A stretch of 64,000 bases of DNA from Octopus sinensis (lineage: Eukaryota): NCBI RefSeq assembly GCF_006345805.1, contig NC_043020.1, positions 27,590,001-27,654,000 of the forward strand, read 5' to 3'. Shown piece after piece: positions 10,432 through 23,489 of this stretch (positions are counted from its first letter, which is position 1; the number at the start of each line of letters is the position of its first letter). The notes beneath the pieces are model-generated. The model was not told the DNA's origin. It saw only the letters and a program-made list of their open reading frames with translations, and searched no databases. Both the position numbers and the translations under genes were made by a program.

Positions 10432-11545
10432 GTAAGTTTGCTGTTGATTTCTCTTTGAGCGGGTGTATATATGTGTGTATATATATATATGTGTGTATAT
10501 GTGTGTGTGTAAGTGGTGGTGGGGTTATGGAAAAGCTCAAGAATACTCTCCTCTCCACACACCCATATTCCATACACATACACACACACATACACACCCT
10601 CACATACATACACCCTCATACATGCACCCATACATACACCCTCATATACACACATGCATACACACACCCTCACCTACATACACCCTCATATACACATGCA
10701 CACACACTCTCACATACACCCTCATATACACACATGCACACACACACACACGCATACACACACCCTCACATATACACCCTCATATATACACACACATACA
10801 CATGAACCACACACGTCACATGCGTAACTGTCCACATTTACTCATTACTGACGTACACTTTAATTAATTATCTCTTCTCTCTCTCTCTCTCTCTCTCTTT
10901 CTTCTATAATCTCTCTCTCTCTCTTTTCCATCTCTTCTCCCTGTCTCTCCCTCTCTCTTCTTTTTCTCTTTCTATTTAATATAATATCTCTCTCTCTCGT
11001 TTCTCTTTATCTTTTCTATCTCTTCTCCCTCTCTGTCTCTATCTCTTTCTTCTATAATCTCTCTTTCTCTCTCTCACTTCTCAGTCTTTCTGTCTCTTCT
11101 CCCTCTCTCTTCCTTTCTCCTTTCTCTGTTCTTTTTTAATATAACATCTCTTTGTCTCTCTCTTTCTCTCTCTCTCATATCTTTCTTTCTAACAACATCT
11201 CCCCTCTTTCTCTCTACTCCTCTCACTCTCTCTCCCCCTCTTTTTCAATCCCTCCCTCCGTCTCTCTCTCTCTCTGTTTCTGCAATATTATACATCTCTC
11301 CCTCTTTTTCTCTCTTCCCTCTCTCTCCCTTTCTCCTTTCTCTGTTTAATATAACATCTCTTTGTCTCTCTCTTTCTCTCACTCTCTCTCTCTCTCTCAC
11401 ATCTCTCTTTCTAACAGCAACATCTCCTCTCTTTCTCTCTACTCCTCTCACTCTCTCTCTCTCCCTCTTTTTCAATCTCTCTCTCTCGGCAATATTATAC
11501 ATCTCATCCCTTTTTTTTTCCTCTCTTCCCTCTCTCTCTCTCCAG

Positions 11546-11694
11546 GTACGAAGGAACATTCGCCCATTATTCATCAAAGCTAACCTACATCCTCTCTACA
11601 ATGTAATCACAACGATATTCGCTCGAGTAACAAACTCCTATGGAGCCCTGCCGTTCGTCTATTTGGAATTCATGCCTGGAATAAAAGTTTACCT
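11546..11694 (+). CDS. MBOAT2: MBOAT1/2-like exon
   Basis: tctccag/gtaagt, phase 0-2. Encodes VRRNIRPLFIKANLHPLYNVITTIFARVTNSYGALPFVYLEFMPGIKVY(L). Confidence 0.9.
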
Positions 11695-11979
11695 GTAAGT
11701 ATCTGACCATTTGACCGTCCGATTTTCACTTCTGGCCACAGGTCAACAAGAATCCCTCAACCATATTTGATGGCATCTTAGATGCTCTCTAATTTCAACA
11801 GATCATATTTTGGTTAAAAGAAAAAAAAAAAAAAGGGAAACGTTTTTAGTGCATTAGAGCTTACAGGAGGGGCCCAGCTTTGCATATAGGACCTGGGACA
11901 ATTTGGGGGCGGCGGGAAGTGGAGGCAGGGTGGGTGGTGTTATAAAAGTGCATCTTAATTGCAATCAAATACAAAATAA

Positions 11980-12433
11980 TTAACTGCTTAGCATTCACAT
12001 TACTCTGTCAAATGTTGTGTTTATTTATTCACATTGTTTTCAATTAATCCTGCATTAATTAATTATTTAGTTAATTAATTAATCTCATAGCTTTGACATT
12101 TCAATGATGTAATTATTTATTTTTAGAAGACATTGTAGGGTAGGTGTGAAAGGCTGGATCTGGCCAGTTTCGACATAAAACAGAATATTTGGGCTGGATA
12201 TGGCTCATTTGAATGCAAAGGGGGGGTTAACCCTTTGCCGTTCAGATTCCTCTGTCAAATGCAATGCTTATTTATTCACATTGTTTTGTGGCTTTGAGAT
12301 ATTGATGATGTGATTGTTTATGTTTAGAATGACATTGTAGGGTCAGTGTGAGAGACTAGATCTGCTCAGTTCTAACATAAAACAGACAGACTATTTAGGC
12401 CGCACATGGCTGATTTGAATACTAAAGGTTTAA
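11980..12433. mobile_element. Two head-to-tail piggyBac-type MITEs sharing a TTAA at 12227-12230
   Basis: Each is the reverse complement of the 3880-4108 family; the junction reads GGGTTAACCCTTT. Confidence 0.65.
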
Positions 12434-13017
12434 TAGGGCACTCAGCATGACTGCATTATACCTGACACTGACACAGGTACCTTTTTTTATGTGGTACCGG
12501 CACAAACGCTTCTGGTATGAAATCAGCACAGGTGCTTCTTACATGGCATTGGTACAAGGGGTACTTTATACAAAGCACTGACATGGATGCTTTTTACATG
12601 GCACACTGTCAAAGATGCTTTTGGGCGCAGATTGGCCTCACTAGCCATCTGCGGACTCACAAAATAACCCCAGACCCACCCCAGGATGACTAGATGGTCT
12701 TCGTTGCATCCACGGACAAACTACAAGAAACATAGCACCAGAACGAGTGCTTTACACCTGGCACCGGAATGAGTGCTTTACACCTGGCACTGGAACGAGT
12801 GCTTTACACCTGGCACCGACACTGGTGCTTCTTAGATGGCACCAGCATGGGTGTCTTCTACGTGGCACTGTCACAGACATTTCTCATGTGACACGACACA
12901 GGATTAAATAAATCTACGTCCCACTCATTTTATTTATTGTCTTTTCATTTCCTTTTCTCGTCTCGTTTCTGCCATCGTCTGAATTCTCTCTCGTCTGTCC
13001 GTTTGTCTCTTTCACAG

Positions 13018-13212
13018 GTCAGTCTACTGTTGGGCGCACGTCTGCTGTTTGTTGATCATTCTTCGGTATTCCCTGTTTGCCAGTCCACACAAGTCAAAGA
13101 CAGACTCACACCATCGCTCAGTACAACAAACATCCACCGCAACAACAGAACAACAACAACAACAACAGCAACAACACCTCCATCAGACGGCTCAAAAGAA
13201 AAAGAACTCTAA
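13018..13212 (+). CDS. MBOAT2: MBOAT1/2-like terminal exon (3' end uncertain)
   Basis: ttcacag acceptor, phase 2. Encodes (L)SVYCWAHVCCLLIILRYSLF..., the last TM helix with conserved H. The spliced frame runs on to TAA at 13415-13417 through microsatellites; an alternative frame stops at 13212 (...SKEKEL*). See findings. Confidence 0.7.
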   Translation, partial: VSLLLGARLLFVDHSSVFPVCQSTQVKDRLTPSLSTTNIHRNNRTTTTTTATTPPSDGSKEKEL

Positions 13213-13247
13213 TGGACTCTTCTCTTATATAATACACTTAGTTATAA

Positions 13248-13282
<35 letters not shown>

Positions 13283-13611
13283 GACATACACACATACTCA
13301 CATAAGCACATTTGCTTGCGTGTGTGTATATACATACATGAGCACGTAATAAATATATTAATATATATATATATACATATATATGCAGAACGTGTGTGTA
13401 TGTGTGTGTGTGTTTAAAGAGATAGTTCAGCTGAGTACCATGAATCTTTTTAGCAAATCAATTTTTCAGGGCTTCTAGTTGACAATGAGCCCTTCAAACA
13501 CACACACGTGCACGCACACACGCAGATACACACAAAGATATATATATATATATATATATATTACTCTGTGTGTATATGTATACATATGTGTTTGTATTTG
13601 TATATGTGTGA

Positions 13612-13643
<32 letters not shown>

Positions 13644-13662
13644 TATATATATACATACATAC

Positions 13663-14864
13663 ACAGACACGACAATGAAATAGACACCCTTACATTCGTT
13701 AAAATTTATTCAAATCAGAAATCACACATTCAAATTGTTTATTAATTATTCTAATGTGAATATCCAATATTTAGTAGACATTCCCTTTGCATTTGTCAAT
13801 GCAAGAACTCTGTGAGGCATGCTACTGATCAGATGACGATTATTCCCTTGAGGAATTTCTTGCCATGCTTCATGCAGTAATTTGAAAAGATCTGGCTTTG
13901 AGGATGTTTTCTTGTTCTTTTTATGAAGTATCCTCTACATTATACCCCAGAGGTGTTCAACAGAGTTCACATCTGGTGACAGGCTTGGCCATGGAAGCTT
14001 TTTAATGTCATTCTCTGTCAATTAATTTTGGGTCCTTTTAGCCGTTTGACAAGGAGCCTCGTCTTCCACAAATAGAGAGCCTTTAATCATTTCACCACTG
14101 AAGAAGATTGGAAGGAGTCCTTTCTGCAATATGGACATATATTTATCTTAGTTTATGTTTCCCTCACACCCCAGACCAACACAGAATAGCTGCCATGTTT
14201 TATCGTTGGCTGTAGTCTTTTCACATCAATTTCTTGATCACAGAGTCTCCAGACCCACACTCGACCTCTGTCAGAAAATACAGCAAATCTGGACTCATCA
14301 GAGAATATGATAGTATCCCAAAATGCTAGAGGCCTCTCCACCAATTCACTGGGCCAATCTTTTCTCCGCTCGACATTGGCAGGTCGAAGAGGTGACTTCC
14401 TTCTTGCTGCTCTGCCATAGTAACCAAGTTTGTGAAGATACCTGGCAGCTGTTCTGGGGCTGACATCAACATGTTCTGCCATGTCAGTGACCTTAGAATG
14501 AGGATCATCCTCCACGCTTCTCTTAAAGCAAAGGGTCCTGTCACGGTCCTGGTTGACCTGGGCAAGGTGATGTGGACTCCTTCCCTTCTCTGGTGAATTG
14601 CGCAATCACTCTGTTAACTGTAGAAAGTGGGATCCCAAGGTCTTCTATAATTTTGCGCTATGTCCACCTTCAGATTGACCCATAATATGGCCTCTTTGAA
14701 ATTCGGACAGTTCCAAGGTTTTTTTTGTACATGGCATGATTAAACAGTCACATTTAGAACCTGAAACATAAAAATGTCATTTAATAAAAAATATATAACT
14801 TTACAAGTTAAAATAAACACAAAACAATGTTTTATGGGTTGTCTATTTACTTCTGTCATGTGTG
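13663..14864 (-). mobile_element. Tc1-family DNA transposon (decayed)
   Basis: Degenerate ~27-bp TIRs at 13663-13689 (ACAGACACGACAATGAAATAGACACCC) and 14836-14864, flanking a transposase pseudogene. Confidence 0.8.
13765..14737 (-). pseudogene. Tc1-like DD34E transposase pseudogene
   Basis: MPCTKKTLELSEFQRGHIMG...[11 protein letters not shown] (HTH); IIFSDESRF; LFVEDEAPCQTAK; WPSLSPDVNSVEHLW; ...GMSTKY. Several frameshifts, stops and an internal deletion after VLVWG. Confidence 0.9.
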
Positions 14865-14936
14865 TGTGTGTGTTTGTGTGTATATGCACGTGTTTATGCG
14901 TGTGTGTTCATAATAGATACACACACACACACAAAT

Positions 14937-14971
<35 letters not shown>

Positions 14972-15489
14972 AGCACAAACACTTGCAACTTTTTTGATGC
15001 ATTATCTTAATATATTATTTCCAATAAGAAAAAAAACAATAATTACTACAATTAAATAGATATTAATTATTAAAAAATAAAAGCCAAGAAAAATATGAAA
15101 AAACATGAAAGGAAAGATGGCGTTGGCTCTGACCAGGAGACAACCAAATTGTACGAGTGAGTGTGAGTGTGAGTGTGAGTGTGAGTGAATGTGTGAGTGT
15201 GAGTGTGTGTGAATGTGTGAGTGTGAGTGTGAGTGAATGTGTGAGTGTGAGTGAATGTGTGAGTGTGAGTGTGAGTGAATGTGTGTGTGAGTGAGTGTGT
15301 GTGTGAGTGTGAGTGTGAGTGTTGGGTCACCTTGTTACCAAAAGCTACCTTTGTTCTGCTTTTTTTTTGGAAATCTTTTCCATCTACTTTTTTTAATTAC
15401 TTCTACTCCTGCTATTATTATTATTATTATTACTAGTACTACTACTACTACTAAGGCGACGATTTGGCATGTTTTTTTTTTTTTATATG

Positions 15490-16870
15490 ACCGATAGAAT
15501 AAGTACTGGGCTTACAAAAAGAATAAGTCCCGGGGTCGAGTTGCTCGATTGACTAAAGGCGGTGCTCCAGCATGGCCGCAGTCAAAATGACTGAAACAAG
15601 TAAAAGAGTAAAAGAGTAAACTGGGCAGAATGGAAACGCTCAGTGATATTTCGTCCGTCTTTATGTTGTGAGTTCAAATTCTACCCAGGTTGACTCTGCC
15701 TTTCATCTTTTCATGGGTCGGGGGGGTCAATAAATTAAGTACCAGCTGAGCACTTGGGTCAATGTAATTGGATATCCCCCACCCTCTCCCTAAATTTCAG
15801 GCCTTGTGCCTACAGTAGAAAGAATTATTATTATTATTATTATTAAGGCGGCGAGTTGGCAGAATCGTTAGCACGCCAGATGAAACAGCGGTATTTCGTC
15901 TGCCACTATGTTCCAAGTTCAAATTCCACCGAGGTTGACTTTACCTTTCATCCCTTCGGGGTCGATAAATTAAGTACCAGATGGATCCTGGGGGGGTCGA
16001 TCTAATTGACTTACGCCCTTCCCCGAATTTACTTGGCCTTGTGCCAAAATTTGAAACCCTTATCATTATTATTATCATTATTATTATTATTAGCATGCTG
16101 GGCAAAATGTTTAGCATAATTTTGCTTGTTGCTACATTCTGGGTTCAAATTCCGCCGAGGTCGACTTCGCCTGTCATCCCTTTGGGGGTCAATAAATTAA
16201 GTACCAGTGAAACACTGGGGTCGATGTAATCGACTAGGACACTCCCCCACAAATTTCAGGCCTTTGTACCTTTATTAGAAAGGGTTATTATTATCATTAT
16301 TATTATTATTATTATTATTACACAGGGTGTGCATGTGTGTCTCTGTAATTGACTTCTCCTTAAAAATGCTGGCCTTGTGCCAAAAATTATAAAGAATTAT
16401 TGTTAAAGTGACAAATTGGTAGAATCGTTGGTGCGTCAAACAAATTGCTTAGAGGCAATTTTCCTGGCTTTTTTACATTCTGAACTTGAAATTCCACCAA
16501 GGTCAGCTTTGCTTTTCATCCTTTCAGGGTTGATAAAAAATAAAAGTACCAGTGGTATACTTGGGGGTCGATGTAGCTGACTGAAATGTTTTCCTCGGCT
16601 TTCAGGGCTATGGAACTATAGTAGAAGCATTTCTAAGGCAGTTGAGCTGGCAGAATCATCGGCGCGTCAAACAAAATGTTCAGCTGCTTTTCTTTTTAAC
16701 TCTTTACATTCTGATTTCAAATTCTGCCGAGGTGAACTTTGCCTTTCATCCTTTCGGGGTCGATAAAATAAGGACCAGTTGAACACTGGGGGTCGATGTA
16801 ATCGACTTGCACCCCCAACTCCCCACCACCCTCACCACCACCAAATTTCAGGTCTTGTGCCTATAGCAGA
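15490..16870 (+). mobile_element. Cluster of family C 3' module plus about five family B SINEs separated by (ATT)n
   Basis: Repeated GGCAGAATCGTTAG...GTTCAAATTCC.CCGAGGT.GACTT.GCCTTTCATCC...AATTTCAGG.CTTGT.CC units. Confidence 0.75.
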
Positions 16871-16904
<34 letters not shown>

Positions 16905-17399
16905 TATTTTTTTATTACCCCCACCACCGCCACACTATTCTTGACCCATCCTGTCTGAAACTTTCAGAACAAATCACACAAAAAAAGAATTTTTTTATAT
17001 TCTGTTGTTTTTCTTCCTTTTTTTTTAAATTAAAAAGAAAAATGAAAAGTAAAAAGAAACACTGAAAAATAAACCAAAAAGAAATATTAAAGCAGTTAAT
17101 TATATTTAAAACGATTAATTAGTTTTCTTAAAAGTTTTTCTCATTCCACTTTTCTTCAGTTTTGCCTTTGTTGTACATTTATTGTATCAAGTATGAATTT
17201 ATATGTTATTGGCTTTTTTTCTGTCCTTCATGTGTATGGCCCAACCAACATAAAGTTCTGTCAGTGAAGATTTGGATTCTAGGAGGCAAACCAGCACACT
17301 GTAGGAGCTTTTCATTCCTGATTTTGTCAAAGACAGAACCGTTCATAATCTGCTGCAACTGTTGTGTCATATTTGCATCTAACTTGTCTACTTAAGCTT

Positions 17400-17600
17400 T
17401 ATAGACTGTCCAGATTTCAGCTCCTGTGGTTGAAATCTTCATTGATAGAAATTTGCATTGGTTGGGCCCCGTTCACAGGATGGACAATAGCAGACTTCCA
17501 AGACAACTCCTTTACTCCCGACTGCGAGGGGAAAAGAAACCAAGGAAGACCTAGACTGAGATTCAAAGATATTGCAAAAAAAGGAATGTGAAGTGGAAAG
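17400..17600 (+). mobile_element. RTE-clade LINE fragment
   Basis: Translates (one frameshift) LHWLGPVHRMDNSRLPRQLLYS...GKRNQGRPRLRFKD. Confidence 0.75.
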
Positions 17601-17819
17601 GAATTCACTGTCATCATCATCATCATCACCATCATTTAACGTTCGTTGTCCATGCCGGCATGGGTTGGACAGTTTGACCATGGCTGGTAAGCGTCAGGAT
17701 CCATTCTTATTTGCTCAGGAACACAGCGTGTCGCCCGGTCCAGGAATCGAAACTACAATCTTACGATCATGTTGACACCTTAAGCACTAAGCCACTCACG
17801 TCCACACACACACACACAC

Positions 17820-17853
<34 letters not shown>

Positions 17854-17904
17854 CCCTCTCTCTCTCTCTTTCGGAGAGGCACTGAGCAGCTATATGCACA
17901 CATA

Positions 17905-18058
17905 CACACACGGCAGTAACTTCCATCTACCGAATTCAATCACAAAGCTCCGGTCGGCTCGGGGCTATAGTGGAAGACACCTACCCAAAGTGCCATGCAG
18001 TGGGACTGAACCCGAAACCATGTAGCTAGGAAGCAAGCTCCCTAACCACACAGCCATA
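17905..18058 (-). mobile_element. SINE family C copy
   Basis: CCCAAAGTGCCATGCAGTGGGACTGAACCCGAAACCATG...CACACAGCC. Confidence 0.75.
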
Positions 18059-19378
18059 TATATATATATATATATATATATAGGGAGAGAAAGGGAGTCA
18101 TTCCCATCAATATATCTATCCTTAAAATCCTTAAAAATGTTTTAGCCCGAAGGCCGCGGCCATGCTGGGGCACCATCGTTGAAACATTTGAAATTTTATT
18201 TCTTTTTACCACCACTCTTGTCAATCTTGTCCGCCTCTTTCAACCCCCAGACCTTCTTTATTCCCCCCCCCCATCCCAGTCTCCACGTCTCCATCTCATC
18301 GAGCCAGTCTCTCCCCACTTTAATCGCCTTCTTCTTCTTAATTTGCATCTTAGTTGCCTCCGATTAAAGAAACTCGTCTGTTAATTATTCCCAGCTAAAA
18401 TGGCGAACTGGTAGAATCATTAAATACTGCGGTTCCAATTATTCGTGTTGGGATGTAGAACTTCTTAACAATGTCCTGGCTCCCCGACCAATCTAGCGTA
18501 AAATTAAATATTGATGTAATAACTCCCAATTAAGTGTTTCAACGAGTTTGGTAATCCTGGTGGTACCCTTTTTTTCCGTATAATATTAGTGCTGGTGGTT
18601 CTTAGCGAATTCACCAGCCTTCGACATGTTTCGAAGCTGTTATTTTTTTTTCTTTTTTTATTAATTTTTTTTTACTCCTCCTGGGTCCTCGCATACACTT
18701 CTCATTGAAGAAACCTAGTAAGTTCTTAGTTTAATCTCTGACCATTCAATCACGAAAAGGTTTTAGTTCAGGATTAAATGGTTAAACGCTAAAAAGATCC
18801 TATTAGCCAACAGTTCTGACCGCATAACACAAGAGTAACGTCCCCTGATGCAGTTAGAGTAATCTCCCCTTGAACACGTTGAAATTTAGGATCAATCTCG
18901 TCGTTATAGCAGTGATGGTCTTAAAATATTCCAGATGTGGAAAGTCTGCGAAAGGCATCAACATTCCTGTTAAGTTCACAATGAATTCGCAACGCTGAAG
19001 CATTAGCAACACCTGTGTGTATATATGTCTGTACGTGCTTAAGTTTATAAACATCACAGAACTTGGGAAATAGTCGAGTGTTTTTTTTAACAGGTCGGAT
19101 CGGTGCGGAAAGAACCAGCGAAAATTCCACACGACCGCTCGACCGCTTAGAAATAACAAACTTACACACACACACACGTACGCACACACACACAGTGTGT
19201 CTAAAATAACGAAAGCAAGTGCTAGGTAATGTATTGCTAGATACGTTAAGTCTGCCTTAAAGACGAAATGGTCACGGCTGGAATCTGTTTGATCATATGT
19301 CTACACAATCATGGCGCAATGGAAGCTAAACAACAAATGCCTTCGTAGTCTTTTTAGATGTATGTGTGTGTGTGTGTA

Positions 19379-19415
<37 letters not shown>

Positions 19416-19734
19416 GTGTGTGTGTGTGTATGTGTGTGTGTGTATGTATGTATGTATGTATGTGTGTGTGTGTGTGTGTATGTGTGTGTGTGTGTATGTG
19501 TGTGTGTGTATGTATGTGTGTGTGTGTGTATATATGTATGTACGTGTGTGTGTATGTTTGTATGTATGTACGCGTGTGTGTATGTACATGTGTGTGTGTG
19601 CATGTATGCATGCATGCATGTATGTATGTGTGTGTGAGTGCGTGTATATATATCTATATATATATGTGTGTATATATAACTGTGTGTGTGTATATATATA
19701 TATAATAAACTGTGTATGTATGTATGTGTGAACG

Positions 19735-19922
19735 TTGGCCGGGCGAAATGCTTGGCGGGATTTCGTTTGTCTTCGTGTTCTGAGTTCAAATTCCGCTGCG
19801 GTCGACTTCGCCTTTCATCCTTTTTAGGGGATCGATAAAATAAGTACCAATGGTGTACTGGGGTCCATGTAATCGACTTTCCCCCTCCCCCAAATTTCAG
19901 GTCTTGTACCATTAGTAGAAAG
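19735..19922 (+). mobile_element. SINE family B copy
   Basis: CCGGGCGAAATGCTT...GAGTTCAAATTCC...GTCGACTTCGCCTTTCATCC. Confidence 0.75.
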
Positions 19923-22900
19923 GTGTGTGTGTATGTGTTCACGTGCGCTCTCTCACCGCTGTACAACCACTATTGGTTTGTTTACGTCACCGCAACTTAG
20001 CAGTTCACCAAAAGTGTCTGATATAACAAGTAACAAGCTTATAAAATATCTACGGGGGTCGATTTGTTCGAGTTAACCCTTCAAAATGTTATCCCAGCTG
20101 GGCCGCAGTCCATTAACTGCAAAAATAAAAGATAAAAAAGATTTTAAAATATTATATTTCGGAACGGTCATTTTTTATTCTGCTAAGCACACACACACAC
20201 ACATACACACTATATATTCGTTCTCCATTCAGGTTTATTATTGTTTTTATCTCATGTCCTTTGTCTGGAAATCTTTCGCCATACACCTGCAACCTCTTCA
20301 GCGATCCTCCATCCCACGTGTTTCCTCCTATTCTGTTTAGTCCAAATATAACAATATATGTTTCAACGCACGATTTCACATCAGGAATCTTGCAACGTAA
20401 ATATATAAACAATAAAAAAAATGTCATCATCCATATGTTTTTATGTTACTTATATAATTTTATTTTTATTCATTTGTCAGAATTTTAGTTGATTTTAAAC
20501 TGTTGACCATTACTTATAAAACTTTCACGGCGAGACATTCGCTTCATCAGCTCTTGGCTCTTAGGAAAATAACGGTCTCGACACCTTCCCACAGGACCGC
20601 TTTTTTCAGCTGTCCTGGGCAGCGTTAATCTTACCAGAGAATGACGGCGATCTGTTGGCCCACAATGCCGTAGCCCTTTTCTCTCTTCCTATTTTCCGTC
20701 ATCCACGTTGTCACCTCAGCAACCTTGGAAATTCAGCTGAAACCATTCCGAAATTTCAAGGATTTTTTTTTTACCACATTCTACAGGATTTGTTCTTCGC
20801 TTGCAATTTTGTTACTCTTTTCCTCATATATCTCTTCTGTCACGTGTGTGTGTGTGTGTGCATGTGTGTGTGCGTGTGTGTGTGTGTGTGTGCTGGTATG
20901 CGTGCCTATGTGCGTGGGTGTTTGCACTTGTAGTTTATAGGTGTGTGTGTGTGTATATATATTTGTGTGCATGAGTATGTTTGTGTGTGCGCATGGTTTC
21001 TTGGTGTGTATATGTGCATGTGTATACGTGGGCTTAGTGTTTATAGTGTGTGTTTGTGTGTTTGTGTGTATGTGTGTGTGTTTAATGCATATGTGTGCAT
21101 GAGTACGTGTGTGTTTGTCCTTGGTCTAAGTATATGTGTGTGTGTATTTGTGTTTGAGTGCAGAGAAAGTGGGGTGAGAGGGTTCGAGTACAAAGTTTTT
21201 GGCATCGAGTACAAAACCTGACTGACACGTAAGATATACAACAACACCAACAACAAACACCATGTAATGCAATCCAAAGTCAACAACACTAAAATAACAA
21301 TAATCGTAAAAGGGAAGATGTAGCTTAAATGGTCCACGGATGAAGGAACAACGGTGATGAGGATGAGGAGGTTGAGGGTGATGATGAGGAGGATGATGAT
21401 GATTGCGGCAAGACTTGTTGCGTCATTTTCTTCTTCTCCTATTACTACTACCCTTTATCTCTTCTTTTTCCTTTTCCTCCTCCTCTTCTACTCTTCTTTT
21501 CACTCCTCTTCCTCCTCTTATTACTCCCCCTCTCCCACCTCCTTTCTTCTTCTTCTTCTTCTTCCACCTCCTCCCCTCCTCCTCTTATTCCTCCCCTCTC
21601 CCAACCTCTCTTCTTCTTCTTCTTCTTCTTCTTCTTCTCCCTCACAGAAAATTGCTATTCATTCAACCTTGCTTTTACTCTAAATAGAAAAAAAAAAAGC
21701 AAAACAAAACAAATAAAAAAACCAGTGTCCGGTGGTGTCCGGTGGTGTCCGGTGGTGTCCGGAGGTGGTGACGACAGTCCCAAGTTGTAATGGTCATCGT
21801 AATTTCGGTGGTGTTTGTGGCTTGCTCATTAGAGCCTGTGGTCTTAGCCTCAGATTTTAATGGTGGTGGCGATGGCGTTGGTGGTAATTGAGGTGGCGGT
21901 GATAGTGTTGGGGGCTGTGATTGCGGGTGGTGGTGGTGGGTGGTGGTGGTATTGGTGATGGTGGTGGTGGTGGTATGAGTAATGATTGGTGCTTGTCATA
22001 GCTGTGATGATGATGATGACTACAACGATGATGATGATGATGATAAAGACAATGTTAATGGTGATGATGATGATGATGCTATTGTCAGAGAGAATATTTG
22101 TTGTGTTTGTTATTTATTTTTCTTCTCTCTTTAGGTTTCCTTTGTCCACGTTTCACCTCATTCACAATTTAGTTTCAGAGGAAAAGGACGAGGAGGGTGG
22201 GTGGGTGGGTGGGTGGGTGTGAAGGGGTTACTTCTTTTCTGACTATTTTTTGACATGCTTTCTTTCCTTCTTTCCTTCCTTCCTTCCTTTCATTCATTCT
22301 CTGTCTGTCTCTCTCTCTTTCATTTTTCTTCCTTTCTTTCTTTTCTTTCACCTGTCCTTCCTTCCTTCCTTTCTTCCTTCCTTCCTTTCATTCATTCTTT
22401 CTGTTCGTCTCTCTCTCTTTCATTTTTCTTTCTTTTCTTTCACCTGTTCTTCTTTCCTTCCTTCTTGTCTTCCTTTCTTTCTTTCTATCTTTCTTTATCT
22501 CTCTTACTTTCTCTTTCTTTCTTTCTTCCTCTTTCATTCTCTCACACTTTTTCTCCCTTACCTTTCATCTCCTCCTACCTCTCTCTCTCTCTCTCTCTCA
22601 CTTTCCCTCCATCCCTCTTCCCCCACCCACCCACTCACCCCTGGCCTTGTTAAAACCACCTCAATGGACCGGTCAGCACAACGTCCACTGTCCACCACAA
22701 GTAAACAATAAACTCGTTAGTTTTGACTCCATCGAAAACACATCTTTTTTTTTTCTGTTATTTTATACTCATTATAGTGTTTTTGTTTTTATCTCCCCCC
22801 TCTTAATTACTTTGTTTGTAATTATTTATTTATCTGTTTATTTAATTAATTAACCCACCACCACCACCACCATCGACCCACCACCTCACTCCACTTTCAA

Positions 22901-22934
22901 TGTCGGTCACTTAATTAAACCAGAAAGATCTCTA

Positions 22935-23365
22935 GCCTTGGTGTGTGTGTGTGTGTGTATGTTTCTGTGTCTGTGTGTGTGTGTGTGTTTCTGTGTCTGT
23001 GTGTGTGTGTGTATGTTTCTGTGTCTGTGTTGTGTGTGTATGTTTCTGTGTCTGTGTGTGGTGTGTGTATGTTTTGTGTCTGTGTGTGTGTATGTATGTT
23101 TCTGTGTCTGTGTGTGTGTGTGTATGTTTCTGTGTCTGTGTGTGTGTGTGTATGTTTCTGTGTCTGTGTGTGTGTGTGTATGTTTCTGTGTCTGTGTGTG
23201 TGTGTGTATGTTTCTGTGTCTGTGTGTGTGTGTGTATGTTTCTGTGTCTGTGTGTGTGTGTGTATGTTTCTGTGTGTGTGTGTGTGTGTATGTTTCTGTG
23301 TCTGTGTGTGTGTGTGTATGTTTCTGTGTCTGTGTGTGTGTGTGTATGTTTCTGTGTGTGTGTGT
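22935..23365. repeat. (TG)n-ATGTTTCTGTGTC compound minisatellite
   Basis: About 15 units of ~26-28 bp. Confidence 0.9.
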
Positions 23366-23489
23366 GTCGTTGAAAGAAGCTTTCACGAGTTTTAAGCTTT
23401 AGTATTTAGCATACACAAGTGTGTGCAGATGTGTGTGTGATGATTGTATATACACACACACACACACATACATACATACACATATATGC

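Noticed and set aside
14290-14300. CTGATGAG on the minus strand
   Set aside because: It is the SDES codons of the Tc1 transposase; no hammerhead stems.
20515-20552. Minus-strand CTGATGA...GAAA resembling a hammerhead
   Set aside because: Stem II does not abut GAAA, and no stem I or III pairing was found.
20617-20700. Possible first coding exon on the minus strand (MTENRKREKGYGIVGQQIAVIL, then GTAAG)
   Set aside because: No downstream exon or recognisable family; insufficient support.
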